Shown: positions 1-7,607 of the stretch, one piece after another | How the letters are laid out: every line of letters starts with the position of its first letter | Numbering within the stretch: position 1 is the stretch's first letter | Assembly (NCBI RefSeq): GCF_019464535.1 | Contig: NZ_CP080507.1 | Span: 3,750,001-3,782,000 of the forward strand | From: Horticoccus luteus | GTDB lineage: Bacteria > Verrucomicrobiota > Verrucomicrobiia > Opitutales > Opitutaceae | Direction: 5' to 3' | DNA: 32,000 nucleotides | The notes under the pieces: generated by a model | Database searches by the model: none | Told to the model about the DNA's origin: nothing | Seen by the model: the letters and a program-made list of their open reading frames with translations, nothing else | Translations under genes and position numbers: made by a program

Positions 1-1
1 C

Positions 2-1495
2 GGCGAGATCATCGATTTCATTTACACGGAAATCATCGACGCGGCGACCCTCGCGCCTGATTTGCGCTTTCCCGACGGCAGCCGCGTGACGCTGAGCGCC
101 CGCCTCATCTGCCGCGCCGGACGCACCGCTCACTTTTTCTATCATCCGTTCGGGTTCCGGTTCGCGACGATCACCGTCCGCGAATCCGCGGCGCCGCTGC
201 AGATCTCCCTCACGTTTCGCAGCACGCTTTACCCGCTGGAACGGCGCGGCGCGTTCCACAGCTCCGAGCCTGGGCTCGAACAAATCTGGGAAACCTGTGC
301 GCGCTCCCAGCAGAACTGCATGCTCGATGCCTACGTCGATACGCCGTGGCGCGAGCAGGCCCAGTGGTGGGGCGACGCCCGCGTGCAGGCGTGGAACACC
401 TTTCATCTCAGCGGCGACGCACGACTATTTCGGCGCGGAATTTTCCAGATCGGCGCGCAGACCACCGCCGACGGCGTGACCTACGGCCATGCACCGACGA
501 TGGCGCACAACTGCGTGCTGCCCGACTTCACGCTCATCTGGATGCTCACGCAGTGGGACTACTACTGGCAGACCGGCGACCTGGAACCCTTTCGCGCCCA
601 ACGAGCCACCGTGGCGCGCGCCCTCGCTTATTTCGAAGCCCACACCGGCCCCGACGGGCTCGTCACGCACGATCCGCGTTACTGGCTTTTTCTCGACTGG
701 ACCGACCTGCCCAAAGACGGCGCGCCGACCGTCTACAACCTCTGGCTCGTGCTCGCCCTCGAACGTCTCGCCGCGATGCACCGGCTCACGCGCGAAGCGG
801 CCGTGGCGGTTCGCTACGAACGCTGGGCGCGCCGCCTGCGTGCAACGTTGCGCACGCTCGTCGATGCGCGCGGCCTCCTGCGCGATGGTTTCGATGCCAA
901 TCGCAAACGTCTCTCCAGCACCTCGCCCCACGCGCAAACCCTCGCGTTGCTGGCCAACCTCACCCCGCGCCACGCCGCGGCACAGGAACGATTTCTCCTC
1001 GCCTATCTCGCCGACGAATCGCCGCACCGCGCGCAGCCGAGCGCCTATTGGATCACTTACGTTTACACCGTGCTCGCCGCGCGCGGCCACGGACGCGCCG
1101 TGGTCGACCATCTGCATCCCCGCTGGGCGCCGATGATCGCCCACGGTTCGACGTTCGAACTGTTCCGCGATCACCCCGAATTCCCCATCAGCCATTCGCA
1201 CGCGTGGTCGGCGCATCCGCTCTTCCATCTCATGCAGACCATCGGCGGAGTTCGCCAGGCGTCCGTCGCGTGGAAAACCATCCGCTTCGCCCCGGTGTTC
1301 CTCGGCGCCTCCGGCGGCTGCACCGTGCCGACGCCCCGCGGCGAAATCGTTTCGTCCTGGCAGCGTCATGCCGATCACACTGAGGTCCGACTCAGTTTGC
1401 CCCGCGGGGTCACGGCCGAAATCGCGCTGCCCGGTTTGCCGCGCCGCCGCGTGACGGGCTCCCGGAGGTGGGCGCTCCCCGCCGACGTTGCGTAA
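2..1495 (+). CDS. Six-hairpin glycoside hydrolase, alpha-L-rhamnosidase (GH78)-like, 5'-truncated by the window edge
   Basis: The frame is open from base 2 (GEIIDFIYTEIIDAATL...), upstream of the TTG at 62 listed in the track. The motif 'LDAYVDTPWREQAQWWGDARVQ' resembles the GH78 'DCP.RdER.gWtGD' catalytic-domain signature, followed by an (alpha/alpha)6-like helical region. Third codon positions are G/C-rich. The stop is at 1493-1495. Confidence 0.7.
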   Translation, partial: GEIIDFIYTEIIDAATLAPDLRFPDGSRVTLSARLICRAGRTAHFFYHPFGFRFATITVRESAAPLQISLTFRSTLYPLERRGAFHSSEPGLEQIWETCARSQQNCMLDAYVDTPWREQAQWWGDARVQAWNTFHLSGDARLFRRGIFQIGAQTTADGVTYGHAPTMAHNCVLPDFTLIWMLTQWDYYWQTGDLEPFRAQRATVARALAYFEAHTGPDGLVTHDPRYWLFLDWTDLPKDGAPTVYNLWLVLALERLAAMHRLTREAAVAVRYERWARRLRATLRTLVDARGLLRDGFDANRKRLSSTSPHAQTLALLANLTPRHAAAQERFLLAYLADESPHRAQPSAYWITYVYTVLAARGHGRAVVDHLHPRWAPMIAHGSTFELFRDHPEFPISHSHAWSAHPLFHLMQTIGGVRQASVAWKTIRFAPVFLGASGGCTVPTPRGEIVSSWQRHADHTEVRLSLPRGVTAEIALPGLPRRRVTGSRRWALPADVA

Positions 1496-1523
1496 CGGCG
1501 CGCGCTCGCCCACGGTTCCTCCC

Positions 1524-2204
1524 ATGCCCAGCGCCGGACACTTTTGGGAACTGATTCTCGGCACCGTGGTGGCGTTGCTGCCGCTGATCAACCCGCTCGC
1601 CGCTGCGCCGACGTTTCTCGCCATCACCGAGGGCGACACCCTGGAGCGGCGTCTGCAGCAACTGCGGATGGCCTGCATCTACATGGTGGTCATCCTCGTT
1701 AGTTTTCTGATTGGCGGGACGTTCATCATGGGATTTTTCGGCATCTCGATCCCAGGACTGCGCATCGCCGGCGGCCTGCTCGTCGCCGGTATCGGTTCGG
1801 GCATGTTGATGCAAAATCCCCGGCAGCCCGTGCAGCACGAAACCGATCACGTGGAGGCGCGCGCGAAACGCGATGTGTCGTTCTCGCCTTTGGCCATGCC
1901 GATGTTGAGCGGCCCCGGCTCGATCGCGGTGACGCTCGGCTTCACCTCACTCGCCAGCGATTGGCTCGACTACACCGCCATCATTCTGGGCATTTTGGTC
2001 GTCGCGGTTTTTACCTACGTCACACTGCGGCTCTCGGGCCGCATCGTGCAGGTGATCGGCCAAAACGGCATGAACGCCCTCACGCGCATCATGGGTTTCT
2101 TGCTCCTGTGCATCGGCATTCAATTCGTCGTCAACGGCGTCATCGGCATCGCGACCGATCCCACTTTTCTGCACCAGATTCGTCAGGTCCTCGCCACCCA
2201 CTAG
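1524..2204 (+). CDS. MarC-family (UPF0056) integral membrane protein
   Basis: 'LLPLINPLAAAPTFLAIT' is the typical MarC N-terminal motif. Several hydrophobic helices follow and the length is about 226 aa. I placed the start at the internal ATG (MPSAGHFWE), the 13th codon of track ORF 1488..2204. Confidence 0.8.
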   Translation: MPSAGHFWELILGTVVALLPLINPLAAAPTFLAITEGDTLERRLQQLRMACIYMVVILVSFLIGGTFIMGFFGISIPGLRIAGGLLVAGIGSGMLMQNPRQPVQHETDHVEARAKRDVSFSPLAMPMLSGPGSIAVTLGFTSLASDWLDYTAIILGILVVAVFTYVTLRLSGRIVQVIGQNGMNALTRIMGFLLLCIGIQFVVNGVIGIATDPTFLHQIRQVLATH

Positions 2205-2253
2205 ACGCCGCGGCGCTGCGACGACGACCAGCGAGCGCGCCGCGGCCGGCCGC

Positions 2254-3468
2254 TCAATACTTCCGCTGCACCGTCGCGCCCGAACGGTCGCGAAACAGCA
2301 GAACCTTCTGCCGCGCGTCCACGGATTCAAAAGTGATGCCCAGCCGCAGGTCCACGACCTCGCCGGCGCGCACCATATGCCCGTTGAGCAAAGCCCGCGC
2401 GGGCTGGCCTTGAAACACGCCGCTAATCTGCGCGTTGGCCACCCACGAGCTAAACTCGGGACTCGCATGTGACGTCTCCACGAGCGACGACGTCGTCGCC
2501 GTCACTCCCGGCGCCACTTGGAAATGCGTGACCGCCTCTGTCTGCCCGGGCGTGGCCGGCCGCGGTCCACCCGTCGGCAACGCGGCGTCAAATTCCGCCG
2601 TGCGGTCCTTCGCCACCGGCACGTCCGCGCCCGCTGCGCCGACGTCTTGTCGCCGCCCAGCCTGCGCGTCCGCGGTTTGCCGGGCTCGCTCCACGGCCTG
2701 GCCCTGCGCCGTCATCGGCGATTTCGTCCTTGTGTTTTCGCTTGGGGCGGGGCCGACAACTTTCGGTGCCAACGGCGAGTGAAACGCGTTCGCGCCCTTC
2801 GGCGCCGCGTTCGGTTCCACCAGCACCGGGCTCTCTTGGAAATAGGGCACCGCAAAGTAGATGCCACCTGCGATCACCACGATCGCCAGCACACCGACAA
2901 GCACGTTCAGCTTCCGGCGCACGCTCCGCAGTCGATCACGCTCGCGCCGGGTCGCCATCGGCACCTCGGGCTCCGGAATGTCCACTCCCTCCGGCGCGCG
3001 CAAATGCGGCACGGGCGCGCCCGCCTTCTCCGGCAACGTTTCGCCTCCGCTCGCGTCGGCCTCAGCCGGCACGGAGGGAAGCGCCACCAACGGATGCGCT
3101 GGGCCCGCGGCGGGCGGCGGCGGGGCCGGGACCGACGGCACCGATGACGATGCAGGCGGCGGCGGAGCCACCGGGGCGGGTCTTGGGGCGACCGCTTCAG
3201 TCGCGTGCGGGGCGGATTCCTCGTTGGGCGCGGGAGCAGAAACTTCTGGAGCGGCCGGCGGCGGCGTTGGCTCAGCCGGGGTGAGTTTTGGTTTCAGCCG
3301 CAGCTTCATGAGGCCGGCGTTGGCCCCCGGTTCCGGCGCCGGCGTCGACTCCGGCGCCGGCGAAGAAACGGGCGGCGGCGGCGGGTTGGCGGGAGGCGCA
3401 GGCGGCGGCGACCCTGAAGGCTCCGAGCGGAGCTTCAGGCGCAGCGGGGGGGGCGACTCGTCGCTCAT
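2254..3468 (-). CDS. Proline-rich single-pass membrane protein with a small C-terminal beta-rich domain (hypothetical)
   Basis: Track ORF 2254..3507, with the start moved to MSDESPPP. The N-terminal roughly 190 aa are P/A/E low complexity. There is one TM helix (LNVLVGVLAIVVIAGGIYFAVPYF). The C-terminus 'ISGVFQGQPARALLNGHMVRAGEVVD..LGITFESVDARQKVLLFRD' is reminiscent of GspB/PilP-type small C-terminal domains. Confidence 0.6.
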   Translation of the reverse strand: MSDESPPPLRLKLRSEPSGSPPPAPPANPPPPPVSSPAPESTPAPEPGANAGLMKLRLKPKLTPAEPTPPPAAPEVSAPAPNEESAPHATEAVAPRPAPVAPPPPASSSVPSVPAPPPPAAGPAHPLVALPSVPAEADASGGETLPEKAGAPVPHLRAPEGVDIPEPEVPMATRRERDRLRSVRRKLNVLVGVLAIVVIAGGIYFAVPYFQESPVLVEPNAAPKGANAFHSPLAPKVVGPAPSENTRTKSPMTAQGQAVERARQTADAQAGRRQDVGAAGADVPVAKDRTAEFDAALPTGGPRPATPGQTEAVTHFQVAPGVTATTSSLVETSHASPEFSSWVANAQISGVFQGQPARALLNGHMVRAGEVVDLRLGITFESVDARQKVLLFRDRSGATVQRKY

Positions 3469-3557
3469 CCCCGAGTGATGAAGTTTTTCACGGCCGCATG
3501 AAACCAAAAAGATTCACTCGCGGTCACCGGACGCTCCATTACGTTATTTCGCGATCC

Positions 3558-3815
3558 ATGAAACGATTCCTTCTCCCGCTCCTGGCGGTCACCACCGTGT
3601 TTTCCGCGGGCTGCTTTCATTTCCGCAAGAAAGACCGCAAGCCGAAGGAAAATCCCGCCATCGCCACGCAGGTCGAGGAGGAGTTCAAGCAGCGTTGGAT
3701 CGAAAAGCGCGGAGCCGAGCTCGTGTCGAAGGGCGTCCGCCCTGACCTCGCGCGAGAGCAGGCGCTGAATGAATTTCGGGTGCGTTACGGTTACACCAAC
3801 GCCGCGTTCAAATGA
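3558..3815 (+). CDS. Small lipoprotein (hypothetical)
   Basis: Internal ATG of track ORF 3498..3815. The signal peptide plus lipobox reads MKRFLLPLLAVTTVFSAG|C. The mature part is charged. The stop overlaps the rarD start as ATGA. Confidence 0.6.
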   Translation: MKRFLLPLLAVTTVFSAGCFHFRKKDRKPKENPAIATQVEEEFKQRWIEKRGAELVSKGVRPDLAREQALNEFRVRYGYTNAAFK

Positions 3816-4747
3816 GCACGCGCGCCGGCCCCGCGGCGGCGCGGGGTGCGTGGGCGGCGGGGCTTTGCTACTTTCTCTGGGGGCTCGTCCCGGTTTACTG
3901 GCGTCAACTCGCCGCTGTCGATGCCGTTGAATTGATCGCCCACCGGCTGGTCTGGACCGCGCTTTTCACCCTCGTGGTGCTCGGCTTCATGCGCGGGGGC
4001 TGGGGCGCCTTGCGCGGAGCGCTGAGCTCGCGCCGCGCCCTCGGACTGCAACTGCTGAGCAGCGTCCTGTTGACGGCCAACTGGCTCGTTTACGTATGGG
4101 GCGTCAACGCCGGACACATCATCGAGACGAGCCTCGGCTACTTTCTCGTGCCGCTGCTCAACGTCGGCCTCGGCCGACTCGTCCTGCACGAGCGTCTACG
4201 GCGCCTTCAATGGCTGGCGATCGGCGTCGCTGCCGCCGGCGTGGCCTGGCAACTGGTGCTGTTGGGCCGGCTGCCGTGGATTGCCCTCGCGATCGCCGGA
4301 ACGTTCGGCGGCTACGGGTTGCTGCGTAAACAATCCCCGCTTGGACCGCTCACGGGCCTGGCCGTCGAATCCGCGCTCCTCGCTCCGCTTGGTCTGGCGT
4401 TGCTCGCATGGCGGTTTCACACCGGCACCGGCGCCTTGGGCGGGCCGTTCGCGCTTTCCACCCAACTGCTCGTGCTCACCACCGGTGTGGTGACCGCCGG
4501 CCCTTTGCTGTTGTTCGCCTACGGCGCGCAACGCATCCGGCTCTCCACGCTCGGCCTGCTCCAATACATTGCGCCGACGGTGCAATTCTCCCTCGGCCTC
4601 CTCGTGTATCACGAGCCGTTTGCGCGGGAGCGCGCGGGGTCATTCGTGCTGATCTGGACCGCGCTGCTTCTCTATACCGTCGACAACGTCTGGGGCCAAC
4701 GCCGCACGGCGTTCTCGGGCGGGGCCGCTCCCCTCCAACGCGCCTGA
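3812..4747 (+). CDS. rarD: RarD / EamA-family (DMT superfamily) transporter
   Basis: 'LCYFLWGLVPVYWRQL....ELIAHRLVW' is the RarD-type N-terminal signature. About 10 hydrophobic segments, 311 aa. Confidence 0.78.
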   Translation: MSTRAGPAAARGAWAAGLCYFLWGLVPVYWRQLAAVDAVELIAHRLVWTALFTLVVLGFMRGGWGALRGALSSRRALGLQLLSSVLLTANWLVYVWGVNAGHIIETSLGYFLVPLLNVGLGRLVLHERLRRLQWLAIGVAAAGVAWQLVLLGRLPWIALAIAGTFGGYGLLRKQSPLGPLTGLAVESALLAPLGLALLAWRFHTGTGALGGPFALSTQLLVLTTGVVTAGPLLLFAYGAQRIRLSTLGLLQYIAPTVQFSLGLLVYHEPFARERAGSFVLIWTALLLYTVDNVWGQRRTAFSGGAAPLQRA

Positions 4748-4762
4748 CGCCGCTTCAACGCG

Positions 4763-5233
4763 TCATTCGTTCACGACCTCGCGCAACCAAATCATGAACA
4801 CGAGTGTCGCATTCCGCGGGATGCGCGGCGGGGCGCCCCGCGAGCCGTAGCCCAGCTCCGGCGGGATGATCACCAGCCGTTTTTCGCCCGGCTTCATCAA
4901 CTGCAAAATCTGGTCCCAGCCGAGGATCACCTGATCGCGCCCCACACGGAATTTGAAGGGCGGCTGCGTCTCCGACACTTCGTCGAAGACCTTTCCGTCG
5001 AGCAGACGTCCCACGTAGTTCACCGCCACCATCGCCCCGGGCTTCGGACTCTCACCGTGCCCCGCCTCGAGGATCTCGTAACGCATCCCCGTCACCGTCT
5101 TCTTCGCGTCCGGCCAGTTCTTTTCCACGATCTCCAAATCATCCGGCGGAATTTTTTCCCGTTGCGCGCGCAGCATCGGCAGACCGAGCAACGCGGAAAT
5201 CAAAACAACGAAACAGGTTCGGGAAAAGCGCAT
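4763..5233 (-). CDS. FKBP-type peptidyl-prolyl cis-trans isomerase, secreted
   Basis: N-terminal signal peptide. The FKBP core reads 'VAVNYVGRLLDGKVFDEV...FKFRVGRDQVILGWDQILQLMKPGEKRLVIIPPELGYG'. Confidence 0.9.
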   Translation of the reverse strand: MRFSRTCFVVLISALLGLPMLRAQREKIPPDDLEIVEKNWPDAKKTVTGMRYEILEAGHGESPKPGAMVAVNYVGRLLDGKVFDEVSETQPPFKFRVGRDQVILGWDQILQLMKPGEKRLVIIPPELGYGSRGAPPRIPRNATLVFMIWLREVVNE

Positions 5234-5272
5234 GGGCAGACGCGCTCACCGTGGTCTTCCGGCGCCCGGCGG

Positions 5273-5881
5273 TCAAAACTTCTTCGTCGCCGGATGTGCC
5301 GCAATCCGCGCGAGCGCCTGCCCGAGCAGCGTTTTGCCGGGCTCGATGCGATGCCACGGCGACGCGCCCGAAGGATGCGGCAGCGGAATGCAGTCACAGG
5401 CGTAGCCATGATAACGGATGCGAAACGGGCGTCCGATCACCTCGACCAAGGGTGCCGGAGGCAGAAACTGCGCGATCGCGAGCTTGCCCACCGGGATGAC
5501 CAACTGCGGACGCAACAGCGCGAACTCCGCCTCCAGCCACGACGCGCAATTCGCAATCTCCTCCGGCGCCGGCACCCGGTCGCCTCCTTCCGGTCGCTTC
5601 CCCGGGAAACAGCGGCAGACCGCCGCAAAATAAATCCGCTCGCGCGTCTCGTCCTCGGTCCAGCCGAGCGCCGCGTTAAACCACGAGAACAAGGTCCGCC
5701 CCGCAGTCCACGCAAACGGCCGCCCGACCACCGGCTCTTTGTCGCCGGGCGCCTGCCCCACCAGCAGGGCGCGGCTCGTCACCGCGCGACCCAACACCGG
5801 CGGCGGGTGCATGCGCGGACAACGTCGACAACCGCTCAAGGCAGCGAGATGTTGCTCAAGGGCGCGACGACTTGCAGGCAT
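5273..5881 (-). CDS. Uracil-DNA glycosylase superfamily protein (family not assignable by eye)
   Basis: 'C..C' near the N-terminus, motif A-like 'LLVGQAPG', 'GRPFAWTAG', and motif B-like 'LPHPSGASPW'. The start is either the ATG at 5881 or the GTG at 5884. Confidence 0.78.
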   Translation of the reverse strand: MPASRRALEQHLAALSGCRRCPRMHPPPVLGRAVTSRALLVGQAPGDKEPVVGRPFAWTAGRTLFSWFNAALGWTEDETRERIYFAAVCRCFPGKRPEGGDRVPAPEEIANCASWLEAEFALLRPQLVIPVGKLAIAQFLPPAPLVEVIGRPFRIRYHGYACDCIPLPHPSGASPWHRIEPGKTLLGQALARIAAHPATKKF

Positions 5882-5924
5882 CACCTGTTAGTGCCCCAGC
5901 GCCCGGCCGGCGGCAAATCCAACC

Positions 5925-5957
5925 AACAAAAAGGACGGAGCCTTGTGAGCTCCGTCC
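5925..5957 (-). terminator. Rho-independent terminator downstream of the RRM RNA-binding protein gene
   Basis: Perfect 9-bp stem, ggacggagc (5933-5941) paired with gctccgtcc (5949-5957), with a 7-nt loop. On the minus strand the stem is followed by TTTTTGTT (plus strand aacaaaaa, 5925-5932). It lies 31 nt after the stop at 5988. Confidence 0.75.
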
Positions 5958-5987
5958 TCGAAAATCGGTTAATTAGACCGACAGCGC

Positions 5988-6374
5988 TTAGTAGCGACGA
6001 TCGCCGCCGCGGTCGCCGCCGCGGAAACCACCACCACCGCCGCCGCCGCCGAAGCCGCCACGGCGTTCGCCGCGGAAACCACCGCCGCCACCGCCGCCGC
6101 CGCCGAAGCCGCCACCCGGGCGATCTTCCTTCGGACGCGCTTCGTTCACGGTCAATTGACGGCCGCCGAGATCGGTGCCGTTCATCTTCTCGCTCGCTGC
6201 TTTGGCCTCTTCAGGCGTGCCCATGGTGACGAACGCGAAACCGCGGGGGCGGCCGGTCATCTTGTCCATGGCGACGTAAACGTCGGTCACGCTGCCATAT
6301 TGACCGAAGGCCGAGCGGAGCTCGTCTTCCGACGTCTTGAACGACAGGTTGCCGACATACAATTTGTTACTCAT
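5988..6374 (-). CDS. RRM-domain RNA-binding protein with a Gly/Arg-rich (RGG-like) C-terminal tail
   Basis: RNP2 'LYVGNL' and RNP1 'RGFAFVTM', then the tail 'GGGFGGGGGGGGGFRGERRGGFGGGGGGGGFRGGDRGGDRRY'. I placed the start at MSNKLYVGNL, the internal ATG of track ORF 5988..6395. Confidence 0.9.
   Translation of the reverse strand: MSNKLYVGNLSFKTSEDELRSAFGQYGSVTDVYVAMDKMTGRPRGFAFVTMGTPEEAKAASEKMNGTDLGGRQLTVNEARPKEDRPGGGFGGGGGGGGGFRGERRGGFGGGGGGGGFRGGDRGGDRRY
5991..6134 (-). repeat. Low-complexity GGN/GCC codon tract with an internal imperfect direct duplication of about 55 nt, encoding the Gly/Arg tail
   Basis: 'cgccgcggaaaccacc...gccgccgccgccgaagccgccac' occurs twice in tandem, at roughly 6012-6062 and 6066-6120. 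Confidence 0.7.
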
Positions 6375-6586
6375 TCTGATGTTTCGTAGATCCAACCGTC
6401 GCTGCCAGTTCCGTTCCCACTGCGGGTTTCGAAATCATCACTTGAGCACTTGCTCAGCCAACGACTCACCAGATCCTGTCATCTAACGCTTTCACTAACG
6501 AGGGCGCGAACAGAGGCAGGACCAACCAGCCTTGGCAAGGTAAATCGCGCCACCGCCCGGCGAGGACGTGGGCGCGTTCCCCCGGG

Positions 6587-7012
6587 TCAGTCCCCCCACA
6601 GCTCCTCCAGTCGTCGTCGGTCCCGCTTCGTCGGGCGGCCCGCCCCGGGCGGGCGTGCCATGACCTGCTGCACGCGCTGCACTTTCGCCTTTTCCCATTC
6701 CTCCGCGGGCGTCGTTTCCTCGCAGTAACCCGCCACCAACGCGGCGCCGACGCGGGATCGCGGCGCCCCCCGCACCACCAACGTGCGCGTTACCAGCCCT
6801 TGGCGCACCCGGATCGTTTCGTCGATCCGCACTTCGCGCGCCGGCTTGGCCGCAACGTCGTTGATTGCGACGTCCCCCGCCCGGCACGCCTCCGCAGCGG
6901 CCGCCCGCGTCTTGAAAATCCGCACGCCCCACAGCCAGCGGTCCAGCCGGCGGGGACCGTCGTCCCGGGCGGCTGACCCTCCTCCGGCCGAGTTATCCTG
7001 GCGATCGCTCAC
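6587..7012 (-). CDS. hslR: S4-domain RNA-binding protein, Hsp15 (HslR)-like ribosome-associated heat-shock protein
   Basis: 'RLDRWLWGVRIFKTRAAAAEACRAGDVAINDVAAKPAREVRIDETIRV' closely parallels the E. coli HslR S4 motif 'RLDKWLWAARFYKTRALA...'. GTG start, overlapping the upstream stop as GTGA. Confidence 0.78.
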   Translation of the reverse strand: MSDRQDNSAGGGSAARDDGPRRLDRWLWGVRIFKTRAAAAEACRAGDVAINDVAAKPAREVRIDETIRVRQGLVTRTLVVRGAPRSRVGAALVAGYCEETTPAEEWEKAKVQRVQQVMARPPGAGRPTKRDRRRLEELWGD

Positions 7013-7527
7013 CGGCGCGGAAACAGGCTCCGCAGGAAGTCATCGAGGAGGCTCTTCTCGAAGCGCAACGAATCCTGGGTGTTCACGCTCAACTCCGATT
7101 GGAAGTCCAGATTGCGCAACTCCCGCGTGCCCTCCTTCACCACCGCGCCGCTGGCATCGGTCACCTTGAACGATAAATCCATGCGCGGCGGATAGATGGC
7201 GCGGATGATCCGGATGTCATCCGCCTTCGGCCCGCGCCACGGTTCGAAGTCACCCGCCAAGTCAATGTCCGTAAACGTGACCGACAACGACTCGCCGTTC
7301 TTCATGTAACGGGGAGCCCGTTGGTCGATGTAATCGCGGATCTGCTCCAGGATTGCGTCGCGGCCTTTCTCGGATCCGAACTGGTCTTCCTTCACATCGG
7401 TGAATTTTTCCGGATGGGAAAACGTCACGTTCACCCGCGAACTGTCTTTGCTGGCGGACGGCGCCGCCAGCAATGCACCGGCGGTGAGGAGAGGAAGAAC
7501 GGTGAAAAGTAGGCGAAATGTTTTCAT
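7009..7527 (-). CDS. Secreted DUF3016-like protein
   Basis: Signal peptide MKTFRLLFTVLPLLTAGALLAAP. 'VNVTFSHPEKFTDV' and 'LSVTFTDIDLAGDFEPW' match what I remember of the DUF3016 family. Confidence in the CDS is high. The family label comes from memory. Confidence 0.7.
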   Translation of the reverse strand: MKTFRLLFTVLPLLTAGALLAAPSASKDSSRVNVTFSHPEKFTDVKEDQFGSEKGRDAILEQIRDYIDQRAPRYMKNGESLSVTFTDIDLAGDFEPWRGPKADDIRIIRAIYPPRMDLSFKVTDASGAVVKEGTRELRNLDFQSELSVNTQDSLRFEKSLLDDFLRSLFPRR

Positions 7528-7607
7528 GATATTAATGAGACGAACATATCACAAAATGGTTTCCGCGCGAATCAGCCGGCGCAGTTCAGCCGCCGCGCCC
7601 GCCCGTG

